From positions 2,430,627-2,454,626 of the forward strand of contig NC_020134.1 in assembly GCF_000331995.1 (NCBI RefSeq): a stretch of 24,000 nt of DNA. The letters run 5' to 3'. The notes beneath the pieces were generated by a model that was not told the DNA's origin, ran no database searches, and worked only from the letters and a program-made list of their open reading frames with translations. A program made the position numbers and the translations under genes. The stretch comes from Thermoclostridium stercorarium subsp. stercorarium DSM 8532. Its GTDB lineage: Bacteria > Bacillota > Clostridia > DSM-8532. Below are positions 23,389-24,000 of this stretch, one piece after another (the stretch's first letter is position 1; each line of letters opens with the position of its first letter).

Positions 23389-23787
23389 ATGCTGGTGCTT
23401 TCATGTGCGGTTATAATAACCTGCTGCGTTATAGTATACAGAATAGACCCGGCAAAGGTTCCCCTTACACCTCCGTGCTCCTTTCGTTATTTCACAGGCC
23501 TGTATTGCCCGGGATGCGGAATGACGCGCGCATTGCATGCTGCGCTGAATTTAAGGTTTTCCGACGCTTTTTCATATAACCTGCTGTGGCCTCTCATTAC
23601 CATGTTTGTATTGATGTCCGTCGGTATGTGGTTTTCATTCCTGGTGACGGGTAAATGTCCGTTCAACCCGTTTAACAGGTTTCTCAAAAGATATTCGGCG
23701 GCGGCTTACGTGTTTATAATCGTCCTTTTTGCATTCTGGATTTTAAGAAATATTCCTGTTTATCCGTTTACGTTGCTGGCGCCGTAA
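23389..23787 (+). CDS. DUF2752 family membrane protein (CPGCG motif)
   Basis: PPCSFRYFTGLYCPGCGMTRALHAALNLRFSDAFSYNLLWPL followed by TM helices is the DUF2752 hallmark. I prefer ATG 23389 (132 aa). The track start 23299 overlaps the upstream gene by 29 nt and would place the 23347-23376 hairpin inside the coding sequence. No strong SD precedes either start. Confidence 0.72.
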   Translation: MLVLSCAVIITCCVIVYRIDPAKVPLTPPCSFRYFTGLYCPGCGMTRALHAALNLRFSDAFSYNLLWPLITMFVLMSVGMWFSFLVTGKCPFNPFNRFLKRYSAAAYVFIIVLFAFWILRNIPVYPFTLLAP

Positions 23788-24000
23788 TCAGTTACTGAAC
23801 AAATTTTTGAGGGGATTACCTGTAACCGCCAGTACCACCACACATGCAATCAAAATAATTATGAGCCAGAGCATTGCCGCCCTTGAAAAATTTCTCCTGT
23901 GAATGTTCCCCTCCGATGAAAAAGCCCATTTTGCCATAAAAACAATATTAACAACCGGTATTATCATTGCAAAAATAACAAGCATCCACTCTCCAACACT
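23788..24000 (-). CDS. Small membrane protein, C-terminal part (frame open to the window edge)
   Basis: The minus frame is open from 24000 to the TGA at 23790-23788. Two hydrophobic helices, (..IFAMIIPVVNIVFMAKWAF and AAMLWLIIILIACVVVLAV), flank a basic loop. The upstream end is unknown because the five codons before the track ATG are also open. Confidence 0.4.
   Translation of the reverse strand, partial: SVGEWMLVIFAMIIPVVNIVFMAKWAFSSEGNIHRRNFSRAAMLWLIIILIACVVVLAVTGNPLKNLFSN

Noticed and set aside
1-24000. Looked for CRISPR repeats, tandem repeats, IS/transposase or integrase genes, tRNA/rRNA, riboswitch or T-box leaders, and toxin-antitoxin pairs
   Set aside because: I found no periodic repeats, recombinase-like ORFs or tRNA-like cloverleaf segments by eye. 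Most intergenic gaps in the housekeeping block are under 80 nt. Absence is provisional without covariance-model searches.

Overview
This window looks like a low-GC Gram-positive (Bacillota, probably Clostridia-type) chromosome segment. That placement rests on GGAGG-type ribosome-binding sites, TTG/GTG starts, and gene order resembling the B. subtilis nusB-xseA-xseB-ispA-dxs-yqxC-ahrC-recN region. All calls come from reading the sequence and recalling protein-family motifs; no searches were run.

Content from left to right:
(1) 1-916 (-): the 5' part of a membrane sensor gene that runs off the window edge and is missing from the ORF track.
(2) 1131-13998 (-): a tightly packed housekeeping block, nusB-xseA-xseB-ispA-DUF212(divergent PAP2)-dxs-tlyA-nadK-argR-recN-engB-cinA-murJ.
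(3) 14.1-21.4 kb: an accessory alpha-glucoside locus. A LacI-family repressor gene (+) is broken by a -1 frameshift in an A6 tract. It converges on a minus-strand cluster of P-loop kinase, GH13_18-type phosphorylase, CUT1 solute-binding lipoprotein (also frameshifted, plausibly at an A6 tract) and two ABC permeases; no ATPase gene is present. Two near-consensus sigma-A promoters each have the -35 box overlapped by the same LacI-type operator motif.
(4) 21676-22467 (-): an alpha/beta-hydrolase esterase.
(5) 22.8-24.0 kb: a cluster of small membrane proteins, namely a zinc-ribbon CD225/dispanin protein, a DUF2752 (CPGCG-motif) protein, and a convergent partial membrane protein.

I saw no rRNA, tRNA, CRISPR array, transposase or integrase.

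The best candidate for an undescribed system is the translationally coupled pair of an Udk/PRK-fold kinase and an insertion-bearing GH13_18 phosphorylase, together with its operator-controlled transporter. The second candidate is the CD225/DUF2752 membrane pair with its unusual antisense/terminator arrangement.
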